Counted from the stretch's first letter, positions 40,116 to 51,610 are shown. The stretch is 55,698 nt of DNA from an uncultured Clostridia bacterium (GCA_944388765.1 CALXKA010000004.1:1-55698); one strand, 5' to 3'. A program made the numbers and translations. The notes: generated by a model from the sequence alone, not told the origin.

Positions 40116-43100
40116 TTATTCATATCTTAATACATTTAATGTAGCCTCAATATATTTACCAGCAAAGTTTTGATTTACTACATCTGAATGGTTCCATACT
40201 GTTGCTGGCATTTCCACTAATGTAGATCTACAACTTCTAAGAGTACTTCTTGCCCAATTAACTAAATATCCTGTACCATATGATTCAATATGATGACTCA
40301 TTCCAAATTGACTTCTATAATATGAGCCTAATCCAGAATCCCCTATTGTCTCATTTAACCAACCATGTAAATCAATTACTATATTTCTTCCACTTGATGA
40401 TTGATGTGATAACATAAAATCTCTTAGACTTGCTGCTTCATTTGCTTGAAATCCTGCTGTTCCATTATAGTTTCTTCCACTATATGTTTGATAACTTGTT
40501 CCACTTATATGCCAACATCTATTTAAATCTATTCCTCCATTTCCTGGTGCATTGCTATGAAGTGTTAATCTCCCTGGTCCATTATTTGACCAACCATAAT
40601 TTGCTCCATCAGGATTTACAGAAGGCATTATATATATTGTCCATTTGTTTTCTATATTCATATCTTGCATTTGAATCAGTCTATTTTTAAACTGTTCTGC
40701 TATATATGTTAGTTCCTGTCCATCATAATTCCATTGATCTTCAAACCCATGTACTGAGAATACTGCAAACATTACATTTGGTCCTTTTCCTATTTTATAA
40801 TACCTTAGATCTTGACCTCTTCCATCTCCTATTGATTTTAATCCACTTACTCCATATGTTCCTGTACTATAATTTATTTTTTGGAATTTTATAACATTAT
40901 TTTGTGTATATCCTTTATATCCTACCGTTACTCCTAAATCTTTATCCCAAGTAGCAACTCTATGCGTCTTTGCTTCTACTATATTTCTCAAATCTCCTGT
41001 TTCAACTTCTATATAGTATTCTTTATTTACATTAATATTATCTATATTTATATCAAAATAATATGTATTTCCCCAACTTTGGCCAACATACATTTCTCTT
41101 ATATATGTACCATCTGTTGATTTTAGTCTAATTATTGGGTTAAATGCAGGTACTGTTGATACTCCATTTACCCATTCTACATATATAACTGTCCCAGCAA
41201 GATATGCTCCACCATTTCCTGAATCAGTTAAATATATATCACTTAGTTGTGTAGCTATACTACCTAAATAAGTTTCAGCTTCAAGTGAAATTATGTTATT
41301 ATTATCTATTGTTACAGTATATTTAAAGTTTTTGTATTGACCTTTTTTGCTAGAAAAATTCACTTTTGTATTTCTATTTTCTGATTCATTTCTAAAATCT
41401 CCTGATTGCATTTCTAAATAATATTGTTTATCAGTATCTATTCCCTCTATATATCCATCAAAATAGTATGTATTTCCAAATACTTGACTTACAAATATTT
41501 CTTTTTCATATGTACCATCAGTTGATTTTATTAGCATTCTTGGCATAAATTCAGGTACAGTTGATACTCCATTTACCCATTCTATATATATAACCTGTCC
41601 ACTAATATAACTATATCCTCTTACTGTATTTGTTAAGTTAAATTGTATTATTTCATTTGTTGCATCACCATAATATACATTTTTGTTTATAGTTATGGTA
41701 TTATTTGAATTTAAATAAATATCATATGCATAGTCACTATATTTTCCTACTTTATTTAAAAGATTTAATGTTGCTTTTTTATTAGGTGATATATTTTTAC
41801 TATCTCCTGATTCTGTTTTAATATAATAATTTTTACCTGTATCTATTTCATCAATATATCCATCAAAATAATATGTATTTCCACTTATTTGATTCACATA
41901 TAAAGTTGATACAATTTTACCATCTTCTGTTTCCAATGTAACTATTGGATTTTTTTCTGGAACTGTTGATATTCCATTTACCCATTCTACATATATTAAA
42001 TTTCCATATATATATGAATTACCTTTTTGAGTGTTTGTAATTCCAAAGCTTGCAAGTTCACTCAAAGCATTTCCTACATATGTTATTTTTTGAAATGCTA
42101 ATTTATTATTTTGTATTAAAACACTATAATCTTTATCTTCACCTAATTTTTGATTACCTATTTTTAGATTTGATACTTGATTTTCTGAAATATTTCTGCT
42201 GTCTCCTGATGTCACTTCAAAATTATATGTTTTATCATACTCTAAATTATCTATAAATATATCAAAATAATAAGTATTTCCCCATTCTTGTTTTACATAG
42301 CAACTATATTTTTTAGTATTTTCATCACTTTTTAATGTAACTGTTGGATTCTTACGAGGTACTGTTGATACACCATTTACCCATTCCACATATATAAATC
42401 TACCCCAAATATATCCACTTCCATTACCGTTCTTACTGTGATGGATCTCTAATATTTGATGTGTTACATCTCCTACATATGTTATTTTATTAAATACTAA
42501 TTGATTATTTTGTATTAAAATATTATAATCTTTATCTTCACCTAATATTTGATTATTTATTTTTAAGTTAGACACTTTATTTTCTGATACATTATTTCTA
42601 TCTCCTGATGCTACTTCAAAATTATATGTCATGTTAGAATCAAATTCATCTATAAATATATCAAAATAATATGTGTTTCCCCATTCTTGTGAAACAAAAC
42701 ATTCATAATTTTTAGTATTCTCATCAGCCTTCAATGTTACTGTTGGATTTTTACTTGGAACAGTTGATACACCATTTACCCATTCTACATATATAAATTT
42801 GCCCCAAATATATCCGCTTCCATTATTATTTTTACTTAGATGAATTTCTAATATTTGATGTGTTGCATCTCCTACATATGTACCATTTCTTGATAAAGAA
42901 TTTGATTGTATACTTATTTGTTGTTCTTGATTCTTAATTACCTCTTGTTCTATATTTTCTGTTTTTTGTTCTTCTTTTTCTAACACATTTTGTTCATTAT
43001 TATTTTTCTCTTCATTATTATTTTTCTCTTCATTATTTTTTGTTTCTTCTTTACTAACAATATTATTGGCCTTTTCTTGTTCAACATTATTCTTATCTAT

Positions 43101-43232
43101 ATTTGTTTCATTAGTTTCTTCTCTTTTTTCTTGTATTACATTTTGAGTTATTGCAAAACTAATATTTGAAGTAGTAAATAATAAGACAAATACTATAATC
43201 ATTAATGAAATAAGTTTTAAGCATTTTTTCAC
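40116..43232 (-). CDS. Secreted protein with five repeats and a C-terminal M14 zinc carboxypeptidase domain
   Basis: GTG start, signal peptide, N/E/K-rich linker, five repeats; M14 motifs VHGFE, NPDG, IDLNR, IDLHG. Confidence 0.8.
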   Translation of the reverse strand: MKKCLKLISLMIIVFVLLFTTSNISFAITQNVIQEKREETNETNIDKNNVEQEKANNIVSKEETKNNEEKNNNEEKNNNEQNVLEKEEQKTENIEQEVIKNQEQQISIQSNSLSRNGTYVGDATHQILEIHLSKNNNGSGYIWGKFIYVEWVNGVSTVPSKNPTVTLKADENTKNYECFVSQEWGNTYYFDIFIDEFDSNMTYNFEVASGDRNNVSENKVSNLKINNQILGEDKDYNILIQNNQLVFNKITYVGDVTHQILEIHHSKNGNGSGYIWGRFIYVEWVNGVSTVPRKNPTVTLKSDENTKKYSCYVKQEWGNTYYFDIFIDNLEYDKTYNFEVTSGDSRNISENQVSNLKIGNQKLGEDKDYSVLIQNNKLAFQKITYVGNALSELASFGITNTQKGNSYIYGNLIYVEWVNGISTVPEKNPIVTLETEDGKIVSTLYVNQISGNTYYFDGYIDEIDTGKNYYIKTESGDSKNISPNKKATLNLLNKVGKYSDYAYDIYLNSNNTITINKNVYYGDATNEIIQFNLTNTVRGYSYISGQVIYIEWVNGVSTVPEFMPRMLIKSTDGTYEKEIFVSQVFGNTYYFDGYIEGIDTDKQYYLEMQSGDFRNESENRNTKVNFSSKKGQYKNFKYTVTIDNNNIISLEAETYLGSIATQLSDIYLTDSGNGGAYLAGTVIYVEWVNGVSTVPAFNPIIRLKSTDGTYIREMYVGQSWGNTYYFDINIDNINVNKEYYIEVETGDLRNIVEAKTHRVATWDKDLGVTVGYKGYTQNNVIKFQKINYSTGTYGVSGLKSIGDGRGQDLRYYKIGKGPNVMFAVFSVHGFEDQWNYDGQELTYIAEQFKNRLIQMQDMNIENKWTIYIMPSVNPDGANYGWSNNGPGRLTLHSNAPGNGGIDLNRCWHISGTSYQTYSGRNYNGTAGFQANEAASLRDFMLSHQSSSGRNIVIDLHGWLNETIGDSGLGSYYRSQFGMSHHIESYGTGYLVNWARSTLRSCRSTLVEMPATVWNHSDVVNQNFAGKYIEATLNVLRYE

Positions 43233-43245
43233 TATACATCATCCC

Positions 43246-44751
43246 CTATTTATATTGATTATCTATTTCTTTTAATATAACATCATGTGCACTTCCTTCT
43301 GTTATACTTACTTGTGATACAAGAGTTAATCTTGCTTTTTCATGGAATTCTGGAATTGTAATACTTCCACAGTTACACATTGTTGATTTTATTTTTGCAA
43401 CTGTTACTGCTAAATTATCTTTTAATCTTCCAGCATATGGTATGTATGAGTCAACTCCTTCTTCAAAAGAAAGTTTTTTATCTCCTCCCATATCATATCT
43501 TTGCCAATTTCTTGCACGGTTTGAACCTTCTCCCCAATATTCCTTTACATATCCATTTCCTCTTTTTACAACTCTTGTTGGGCTTTCATCAAATCTTGCA
43601 AAATATCTTCCCATCATTACAAAATCTGCACCTAATGCAAGTGCTATTGTAATATGATGATCATGTACTATTCCACCATCAGAACATACTGGAATATATA
43701 CTCCTGTTTCTCTATAATACTCATCTCTTGCTTCTACGACGTCTATTAAACTTGATGCTTGTCCACGTCCTATTCCTTTTGTCTCACGAGTTATACAAAT
43801 AGAGCCCCCTCCAACACCAACTTTAATAAAGTCTGCTCCTGCTTCTGCAAGATATCTAAATCCTTCTTTATCAACTACATTTCCTGCACCAATCTTTACA
43901 CTATCTCCATATCTTTCTCTTACAAAATCAATTGTTCTTTTTTGCCAAATTGAATATCCATCAGATGAATCCATACAAAGCAAATCTACTCCTGCATCTA
44001 CTAGTGCTGGTATTCTTTCTTCATGGTCTCTTGTATTAATACCTGCTCCTACTATATATCTCTTATTTTCATCTAATAAAGAATTTGGATTATTTTTTCT
44101 TTCTTCATAATCTTTTCTAAATACTAAATATTTTAAATTTTCATCTTTATCTAGAATTGGAAGACATGCTATTTTATTTTCCCAGATAACATCATTTGCT
44201 TCTGCCAAACTAATTCCTTCATATGCCCATACTGTCTTTTCTTTTGAAGTCATAAAATTATCTATTGGTGCATTCATATCGTCTCTTGAAAGTCTATAAT
44301 CTTTATCTGTAACTAATCCTATAAATTTTCCACTTGCTGTTCCATCCTCTGTTATCATTACAGTTGAATGTCCAGTTTGTTTTACTAATTCAATAACATC
44401 TTTTAAAGGTGTTCCTGATTTTACATTTGAATCACTTATAATAAATCCTGCTTTATGTTTTTTTACATGTCTTACCATTTCAGCTTGTGATTCAATTGAT
44501 TGAGAACCATAAATAAATGCAACTCCACCTTCACGCGCAAGTGCAATTCCCATTTCTTCTCCTGAAACTGATTGCATTATTGCAGATACCATAGGAATAT
44601 TTGCGTAATATTTTGCCTCCTCCCCTTTTCTAAATTTTACTAATGGTGTTCTTAAAGATACATTATTAGGTATGCACCTTTCATCTGTTAGATTTGGCAA
44701 TAATAAAAATTCGTTAAATGTTCTAGAAATATCTTCTAAAATCTTTGCCAT
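43246..44751 (-). CDS. guaB: IMP dehydrogenase with CBS pair
   Basis: [49 protein letters not shown]. Confidence 0.95.
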   Translation of the reverse strand: MAKILEDISRTFNEFLLLPNLTDERCIPNNVSLRTPLVKFRKGEEAKYYANIPMVSAIMQSVSGEEMGIALAREGGVAFIYGSQSIESQAEMVRHVKKHKAGFIISDSNVKSGTPLKDVIELVKQTGHSTVMITEDGTASGKFIGLVTDKDYRLSRDDMNAPIDNFMTSKEKTVWAYEGISLAEANDVIWENKIACLPILDKDENLKYLVFRKDYEERKNNPNSLLDENKRYIVGAGINTRDHEERIPALVDAGVDLLCMDSSDGYSIWQKRTIDFVRERYGDSVKIGAGNVVDKEGFRYLAEAGADFIKVGVGGGSICITRETKGIGRGQASSLIDVVEARDEYYRETGVYIPVCSDGGIVHDHHITIALALGADFVMMGRYFARFDESPTRVVKRGNGYVKEYWGEGSNRARNWQRYDMGGDKKLSFEEGVDSYIPYAGRLKDNLAVTVAKIKSTMCNCGSITIPEFHEKARLTLVSQVSITEGSAHDVILKEIDNQYK

Positions 44752-44753
44752 AT

Positions 44754-46328
44754 TTAATTCTCCTTTCTAATATTAATAAATACATACAATAATATTAAAA
44801 TTATACCACATATATATTCTGGTAAATAATACATAAAATAGCTGGCCGGTGCTGTTAAAAATACTACTGCACTTTTAGCTAATAATGTTAATGATAATAA
44901 AGTAAAAATATATTTCTTCTTTATTAAACTTATTATCATTATTAATACTATTCCTATCATTACTGGTACTACATTCCAAAAAATTGGTCTTATTACTGTA
45001 TTTGCATATTTACCAGATCCAAGTAAAAACATTTCAGCCTCGTTTTTTACCTCTTTATTAATTGGGTTCATTATTTCAAATTTACTTAAAAATAGTTCTA
45101 TTGAAGCATTTGTAGGATTTTCTCTACTATAATAATCTGTAAAATTTCCTATTTCTCGATATTCAGAATCCATTCCATTTGTAGCTAAAAATGTTTTTAA
45201 TCTTGCATTTATAAAACTTATTGGATTATTTATTATAATATCAGCATATGCTTTATAAAATTCTCCTTTATATTCTTGATAATCTTCTTGAAACAAAGTA
45301 TCATTATATTTCCAATAGCTCTCTATATCATTGTAATTTGGATTTTCCTTAATTAATTCTAAATTAAATACTTTATCTATTTTTTCTAAGTCTTCTTGTA
45401 TGTTTTCTCCTTGTAAATCTTCTTGTAACATTATTGATAATGGGTTTATAAAAATAACCATTCCATATTTATCATTTGATGGAACTATTTTACTATATCC
45501 TATATATGTACAAATATTAATAATAATCATTAGTCCAATTACATATACTTTTCTTAAATTTTTATATGTAATTGCCATCAGGACTGGAATTGCAAATATA
45601 AATATAAGTCCTTCACTTCTCCATAATATAAGAATTGCACTTAATAAATATAATAATAGTAGCTTTTCCTTTCCTATTTGCTTCTTTTCTAAATAGTCAA
45701 ATATTAATGTAACAGATAATAGTAATAGAAAATATGTATATAATTGTAATCTTAACACATATAAATTATTAATTAATATTGCTGGCAATAAAAATACTAC
45801 ATAAATAATTACATTAAATAATTTTTTTCCAAATTTCAATTCTACCTTAGTATTAAGAAAAGCAACAATTAGGCTAATTATAATTACTTGAATTATTGTA
45901 ATTCCAACAGGAGATGGTATTAATAATAATGAATAAGCAAAAACTAATTGAGTTATAATAGATTGCCATGTAAATACTGAACTTGCTTGTATCTCATATA
46001 TTACAAACATCTCATCCCAAACCCAATAACCAGGCCATATTAGAAGCAAAAAAATTGCCATTAATCCTAAGTAAATCAAAAAATGTTTTAAAAACTTTTT
46101 GCAAAATGCATCTCCTGTTATTAATTTTCTCACAAATCTTACTAGATAAAAACTTATTATAAAAATTATAAAGGCAAAAGAAATTAATATAAAATGATAA
46201 AAATTTATATTTTTTGCCTCTGTATTAAATACTATATTTTTACATATACCCATAGAATAAACCAATAATATTATCGTTAATATACAAGTATAAATCCCTT
46301 GTTTTTTATCTTTTAATAATTCTCTCAT
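44754..46328 (-). CDS. Multi-TM membrane protein, putative GT-C glycosyltransferase
   Basis: Many hydrophobic helices, WPGYWVWDE after the early helices, large extracytoplasmic loop; downstream of sugar-activation genes. Confidence 0.5.
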   Translation of the reverse strand: MRELLKDKKQGIYTCILTIILLVYSMGICKNIVFNTEAKNINFYHFILISFAFIIFIISFYLVRFVRKLITGDAFCKKFLKHFLIYLGLMAIFLLLIWPGYWVWDEMFVIYEIQASSVFTWQSIITQLVFAYSLLLIPSPVGITIIQVIIISLIVAFLNTKVELKFGKKLFNVIIYVVFLLPAILINNLYVLRLQLYTYFLLLLSVTLIFDYLEKKQIGKEKLLLLYLLSAILILWRSEGLIFIFAIPVLMAITYKNLRKVYVIGLMIIINICTYIGYSKIVPSNDKYGMVIFINPLSIMLQEDLQGENIQEDLEKIDKVFNLELIKENPNYNDIESYWKYNDTLFQEDYQEYKGEFYKAYADIIINNPISFINARLKTFLATNGMDSEYREIGNFTDYYSRENPTNASIELFLSKFEIMNPINKEVKNEAEMFLLGSGKYANTVIRPIFWNVVPVMIGIVLIMIISLIKKKYIFTLLSLTLLAKSAVVFLTAPASYFMYYLPEYICGIILILLYVFINIRKEN

Positions 46329-46368
46329 GATATTTTCTCTCCTTAGTATTATTGGTAGTATAATTTTA

Positions 46369-47089
46369 TTATACTTTATTTATAAATGTCTGTAATTCCT
46401 CTGGTGTTCCTAAACAATTCACTTCATTATATGGAATATCTATTATTTTTACGCTTTTATTTTCTTTAATTAATTGATTATACATAGGAGCTATATATTT
46501 TTCTCCTTTTTCAAGATTCGCATCATCTTTATAATAAGTATCATATATTCTTTTATATTCTTTTGCTGATTTAAAGTAATATGCTCCAACACTTGCATTA
46601 TCTGATATTTTAACTTTTTCTTTTACCTCAACTGCATTTCCTTCATCATTTAATTTCACAAAACTCCAATGATCTCCGTGGTGCATTAAAACAAGGTATA
46701 CAACCATCACCTTTAATATCTGATTTTTTAAAAAACTTTGAATTTATATTAGTGTCTATATTATATATCATTATTTCATCATTATCATTACATCTATCAA
46801 CAGCTATTTTAGCTGTTTCAGCTTGTCCTGATGTTAGTTTATCCAAATTAATAATTTCATAATTATCTATATTAATTTTTTTGCATTGTTTTTCTATAAA
46901 ATTATCTATATTGTCTTCTTTTCTTACTATAAATATAAATTTAGAATCTTCTTTAAAATCCTCTAAACTTTGCATAGACCATTCAAATAAAGTTTTTCCT
47001 TTTGCTTCTATCATAAATTTAGGAACATTGTATCCAGCTTTTCTAAATCTACTTCCTAATCCTGCCATTGTTATAATATTACAAAACAT
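46369..47089 (-). CDS. Sugar-phosphate nucleotidyltransferase-like protein; needs one +1 shift at in-frame CGG-A
   Basis: MAGLGSRF, VPKFMI, TSGQAET, YNIDT, then GDHWSFV, EVKEKVKIS, GAYYF, EKYIAPMYN, LGTPEEL; 239 aa joined. Confidence 0.8.
46675..46678 (-). other. CGG-A +1 recoding site in the nucleotidyltransferase-like gene
   Basis: GCA CCA CGG AGA TCA in frame 0; CCA (C)GGA GAT CAT TGG AGT TTT gives P-G-D-H-W-S-F. Confidence 0.8.
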
Positions 47090-47090
47090 T

Positions 47091-47492
47091 TTAATCCCCC
47101 TTTAACCTATCTTTTTCACATATTTTATTTAGTTCTTCCACACTATTTTCTAATAATTCTCTTGGTCTTATAGATCTATCATCTATATAAAATCCATTTT
47201 CTCCTGGCCATGGTTTTCCATATATAATTTCATCATATGGAATTTGCCATTTATCAAGCCAATTAATTATTATTTTTGCAGTATTTGCATTTATTAATCC
47301 AAGATTTCCATCATATGTTTTCATATTCCTAGATGTAAATATAAGTATATTAAATCCTTGCTCTTTTAATTTTTTCATTTTATCTACTATCTCTGGGAAA
47401 GGTTTTAAATCTTCATATTTTTCTTCTTTTTTCTTAATTGGGCATATAGTCCCATCTAAATCGAATATATAGGTTCCGTATTTATTTACCAT
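47091..47492 (-). CDS. Small HAD-family capsule biosynthesis phosphatase (EcbF/BcbF-like)
   Basis: FDLDGTIC, FTSRNM, IPYDEIIYGKPW, YIDDRSIRP. Confidence 0.8.
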   Translation of the reverse strand: MVNKYGTYIFDLDGTICPIKKKEEKYEDLKPFPEIVDKMKKLKEQGFNILIFTSRNMKTYDGNLGLINANTAKIIINWLDKWQIPYDEIIYGKPWPGENGFYIDDRSIRPRELLENSVEELNKICEKDRLKGD

Positions 47493-48945
47493 TTTTTAGT
47501 TCCTCCAATATTTTAATTGAATTTAGTATAAATCCCAATACTTTTTTCTGATTATCAATATGTAAAGGTAACATTGATAAAAATAATGATAATTCAAAAA
47601 TTCTGATTAATCTATAACTATATCCATTTTCTTCTACTTTTTGCTTAAATATTTCTATAAATTTAGTAGTATCTCTTTTTTCAAGTTTCAGCTCTAAACA
47701 CATGTCATTATTTATAACTATATCTGCCATATCATAATTAAAGAAATCATAATTTCCACAAATCGAATGTGAAAGTTTAGCTAAATCATAATATGGATCC
47801 ATCCATAGTTCTTCTTCCTTTGTCGCTCCCTTAACATCAATAAATTTTAATAATTCTATATCTTTATAATAAATCATATTTGAAAAACATAAATCTCCAT
47901 GTCCTATTGTTTCTACATATTTAAATTTATTCTTTTTTATTTCTTCATTATATATTTCTAAATATTCATCTATTATTTTATCTAAGGAATTATATTTTGT
48001 GTTTTTTATAATTTGTTCTATACTCTTATATTCTTCAAATTTCTTTAAATCTTCCAATCTTTCTTTTACTTTTTTAACATATAGTTTATTCATATTTTCA
48101 AAATATTTTTCTTTATCTATTGGTCTTTTAGCTCTTTGAACAATGAAAAACATTATTTTATCAATTAATTTTTTAAAATCATCTACGGAAATTGCCTCAT
48201 GAACCCATTGAAGTGCTACATCTGGTGCTTTTATTCTTTCCATACTATATTTAGCTACATTTTCTTCTTCCACATAATTATATGGTACAACAAACCAACT
48301 CTTCATATTTTCTGGCAATAAATAATAGTAATCATGCTCTGCTTTCATTTTCTTTTTATTCGTAGAACTTTTAGTCACAATATATTCATCACTTTTAATC
48401 GAATTAAAATATCTTGCTTCAAATCCCCCTGAAAAGAATTTCAAAAAATCAGTATATGTTGATATATTTATTAAACATCTATCAATTCCAATTTCTTTTA
48501 TATCTTCATATTTATTAACAATATTTCTAGGTTCAACTAATGTTTCATTTAATAAAAAGCTTTTATATTCTTCAAATTTGTTAAATACTATCATAGTAGG
48601 ACTTTCTTTATTCACTACCATCATTTCATTTATATATTCACATTTTTCTAGTAAAAGTTTAAAATTTTCTTTATTTGTTATAACTGTTGATGAGAAATAA
48701 TTTACATATATCTTATTTTGATCATCATATTCTAATATATTTATTAATTTTCTTACATCCCTATCTGTTGTAATTTGAATAAACTCTACTTCTATTCCTA
48801 AATCTAGTAAAATATTTTGTACTATGTTTTTTAAACGTTTTCTTTTATATATTATATCTCCATAACTACTTAAACCTACAATTTTACTAATAGAAGAATT
48901 GATTTCATTTCTATTGTCATATATAAAAACTAATTTACTGTTCAT
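47482..48945 (-). CDS. Capsule-associated kinase-like (APH/choline kinase fold) protein
   Basis: ARYFN, HGDLCFSN, FIDVKG, YDLAKLSHS, LFLSMLPLH. Confidence 0.7.
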   Translation of the reverse strand: MNSKLVFIYDNRNEINSSISKIVGLSSYGDIIYKRKRLKNIVQNILLDLGIEVEFIQITTDRDVRKLINILEYDDQNKIYVNYFSSTVITNKENFKLLLEKCEYINEMMVVNKESPTMIVFNKFEEYKSFLLNETLVEPRNIVNKYEDIKEIGIDRCLINISTYTDFLKFFSGGFEARYFNSIKSDEYIVTKSSTNKKKMKAEHDYYYLLPENMKSWFVVPYNYVEEENVAKYSMERIKAPDVALQWVHEAISVDDFKKLIDKIMFFIVQRAKRPIDKEKYFENMNKLYVKKVKERLEDLKKFEEYKSIEQIIKNTKYNSLDKIIDEYLEIYNEEIKKNKFKYVETIGHGDLCFSNMIYYKDIELLKFIDVKGATKEEELWMDPYYDLAKLSHSICGNYDFFNYDMADIVINNDMCLELKLEKRDTTKFIEIFKQKVEENGYSYRLIRIFELSLFLSMLPLHIDNQKKVLGFILNSIKILEELKNGK

Positions 48946-49792
48946 TTTTGTTTTTCCTTTCTCTGCATCTTATTACTATATAAATAACTGCAAATACGAT
49001 TAACATTATACCTATATTAAATTCTGCTATATTTACATATTTTGTATTAAATATAATAAATACATCATTTATATAATTCGTAAATATACTTAAACTAAAA
49101 TCCATATTAAATAACTGTTCTATTGTTAAATATGCTATCAAATATTCAAATACCCATATTAGTGCAGATAAAAATATTACAGGTACACTTCTATATTTAA
49201 TCATGTTCTTAGCTTTTTTATATATTTTTTTCGTTTCATCAATTATCTCTAAATAAATTTTTGATCTTTTGCTTTTTCCTTTTTCTAGTACTAATAAATT
49301 AAAATATTTATAAGTATTTTCAAATGTTAAATAAATTAGAATTGAAAACAGTATAAATAAACTTAATATTACATATATTGGTGATATCATTTTAAACGCA
49401 GAAGCTACTATTACCAATATAATTAATATTACTGAATCAAAAAATCTATCTATCCAAACTAATGATATTCCAGCAGAATAACTCTTTAACTTCTTACCAT
49501 AACATATCATTTTATAAAATTCGCCTAATTTAAAAGGTATTACTGTATTTACAATAGTAGTTTTCATATATAATTTTATAAATTCTTTTATTGGCATTTT
49601 TTCTTCGACTAGCAATATATATAATCTAAACATTCTCAATAAATGTATTGCTAAAAATACAACTATAATTATAGCAATTACTATAATGTCCTCACTATTT
49701 ATTTGAATATTTCCTGTAATCCCGTTAAATATTAATATATAAGCTATCATACATATTGCTATTATTTCCATAATTTTCTTTAAATATTTCAT
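48935..49792 (-). CDS. Flippase-like membrane protein (LPG-synthase TM / UPF0104-like)
   Basis: Multi-TM; NTVIPFKLGE and IDRFFD motifs. Confidence 0.65.
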   Translation of the reverse strand: MKYLKKIMEIIAICMIAYILIFNGITGNIQINSEDIIVIAIIIVVFLAIHLLRMFRLYILLVEEKMPIKEFIKLYMKTTIVNTVIPFKLGEFYKMICYGKKLKSYSAGISLVWIDRFFDSVILIILVIVASAFKMISPIYVILSLFILFSILIYLTFENTYKYFNLLVLEKGKSKRSKIYLEIIDETKKIYKKAKNMIKYRSVPVIFLSALIWVFEYLIAYLTIEQLFNMDFSLSIFTNYINDVFIIFNTKYVNIAEFNIGIMLIVFAVIYIVIRCRERKNKNEQ

Positions 49793-49805
49793 TTTACATC
49801 CTTTT

Positions 49806-50603
49806 CTATTTATTACTGCATATTATATCTGATTCATAATTTTCTATTCGTTTTTCTCTATGGTCTTTACTCATGAATTTTTTATGTGCAAATGTATAAC
49901 TTGCAAGTAATTTTAATACTTTTGTTGCTTGCTTAAACATTTTTACATTTGATACTTGATCTTCCTCTTTCCAAGTTATAGGGAAAAAACAAACATTTTG
50001 CTTATAATAATCAATTGCAAAAATCATACAATAATTAAATACTAAATTATCTGGAAATTTTTTGTAGTATTCATTATCTAATGATTCTACTTTATACATA
50101 TTTAAACCTGATCCTAAATCATATATCCTTTTCCTAACAGATATAGAAAATAGTAAATTATAAACTCTATTTCCAAAAGTTCTAAATTTTGAGTAACCTT
50201 CAAGCTTAGAATTTTTCATAAATCTTGCTCCTAACATACTGTCATATTTTCTATATGTTCCATCTTTTAATATTTGCATTAAATCTGATATTTGACTTTG
50301 ATCATCTCCATGCATTACTATCACATAATCAAATCCGTTTTCTTTTGCATACTTAAATGCAACTTTATGAGATCCGCCTAAACCATAATTCTCACAATTT
50401 CTCATCAATGTTATTTTACATTTAAATTCATTATCCTTTATATATTCCTTAACCTTTTCTTCTCCACTATCTGTACTTATATTGTTTACCACTATAATTT
50501 CATTAATATATTCTTGTACTTCTTCATTTAGTTGTTTTAAAACTCTTGTTATTTGTTTTTCACAATTATACATTGGTATAAATAATAGTATTTTTTCTTT
50601 CAT
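49806..50603 (-). CDS. GT2 polyprenol-phosphate glycosyltransferase (DPM synthase-like)
   Basis: FIPMYN, NYGLGGSHK, HGDDQ, GARF, DLGSG. Confidence 0.85.
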   Translation of the reverse strand: MKEKILLFIPMYNCEKQITRVLKQLNEEVQEYINEIIVVNNISTDSGEEKVKEYIKDNEFKCKITLMRNCENYGLGGSHKVAFKYAKENGFDYVIVMHGDDQSQISDLMQILKDGTYRKYDSMLGARFMKNSKLEGYSKFRTFGNRVYNLLFSISVRKRIYDLGSGLNMYKVESLDNEYYKKFPDNLVFNYCMIFAIDYYKQNVCFFPITWKEEDQVSNVKMFKQATKVLKLLASYTFAHKKFMSKDHREKRIENYESDIICSNK

Positions 50604-50707
50604 CTTTATACTCTCCTTAATATATTCTCTATCAAGCAATTCAGGCTTACTGACTTCATTTTATCATATTATATAAAAAAAAGAAATACTTTAATTTATT
50701 TTTATCC

Positions 50708-50744
50708 AAAAAAACGTAGAAATATTTAATTTTCTACGTTTTTT
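50708..50744 (-). terminator. Intrinsic terminator after rpmA
   Basis: AAAAAACGTAGAAA ... TTTCTACGTTTTTT inverted repeat. Confidence 0.75.
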
Positions 50745-50757
50745 CATAACAATACAA

Positions 50758-51018
50758 TTATCCTTCTACTGGATAAACACTTACTTGTTTTTTATCTTTA
50801 CCTTTTCTTTCAAATTTAACATTTCCATCAACTAATGCATAAAGTGTATCATCACTACCTTTACCAACATTGTTTCCTGGATGTACTTTTGTTCCTCTTT
50901 GTCTTACTAAGATATTTCCTGCTAAAACAAATTGACCATCTGCTCTTTTTACTCCTAGTCTTTTTGATTCGCTCTCTCTACCGTTGTGGCTACTACCTTG
51001 ACCTTTTTTATGAGCCAT
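50758..51018 (-). CDS. rpmA: 50S ribosomal protein bL27 without N-terminal extension
   Basis: [32 protein letters not shown]; GGAGTG RBS directly before this ATG. Confidence 0.97.
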   Translation of the reverse strand: MAHKKGQGSSHNGRESESKRLGVKRADGQFVLAGNILVRQRGTKVHPGNNVGKGSDDTLYALVDGNVKFERKGKDKKQVSVYPVEG

Positions 51019-51094
51019 TTATTCTCACTCCCTTCGGTTTGTTAGATTTTTTATCTCATATATAATTAGTATTTTCACTAATATTCTTTTCTAA

Positions 51095-51478
51095 TTAAGC
51101 TTCTACTTTTTCTTTTACTTCTGCTTTTTCATCTGATTTTGCTGTTTTTGTTGTTGTTTTTTTAGTAGCTGTTTTTATTGATGTAATTTCTACTTTTGTA
51201 TATGGTTGTCTATGACCTTGTTTTCTTCTATAATTCTTTTTAGGTTTCATTTTGAAAACAATAATCTTTTTACCTTTACCATGTGAAATTACTTTTCCCT
51301 CTACTTTTACTCCTTTAACATAAGGATTTCCTATTTGTATTTTCCCTTCATTAGATACTAAGATAACGTTATCAAATGTAACTTTTTTACCTTCCTCTGC
51401 ATCTAATTTTTCAAAAAATACGACATCTCCTTCTGTTACTTTGTATTGTTTTCCACAGCTTTCGATAATTGCGTACAT
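51095..51478 (-). CDS. rplU: 50S ribosomal protein bL21 with K/T/A/E-rich C-terminal extension
   Basis: [29 protein letters not shown]. Confidence 0.97.
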   Translation of the reverse strand: MYAIIESCGKQYKVTEGDVVFFEKLDAEEGKKVTFDNVILVSNEGKIQIGNPYVKGVKVEGKVISHGKGKKIIVFKMKPKKNYRRKQGHRQPYTKVEITSIKTATKKTTTKTAKSDEKAEVKEKVEA

Positions 51479-51499
51479 TTAAAATGCACCTCCCTTATT

Positions 51500-51574
51500 T
51501 GTATACTCGCTAATCCTTTTTTAAAGGTAATTAAACTTAATTAATCTTTTTAAACCTTGACTAAGCGGATTACA
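51500..51574 (-). promoter_or_regulatory. Probable L21 leader cis-regulatory RNA
   Basis: In the rplU 5' UTR; CCGCTTAGTC...GATTAGCGAGT can pair around an internal AAGGT/ACCTT stem; position matches the known L21 leader of Bacillota. Confidence 0.6.
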
Positions 51575-51581
51575 GTTAAAT

Positions 51582-51610
51582 ATTTTATCATAAAGATGCA
51601 TTTGTGTCAA
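51582..51610 (-). promoter_or_regulatory. Sigma-A promoter for rplU-rpmA
   Basis: TTGACA-N17-TAAAAT with TGn extension. Confidence 0.7.
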
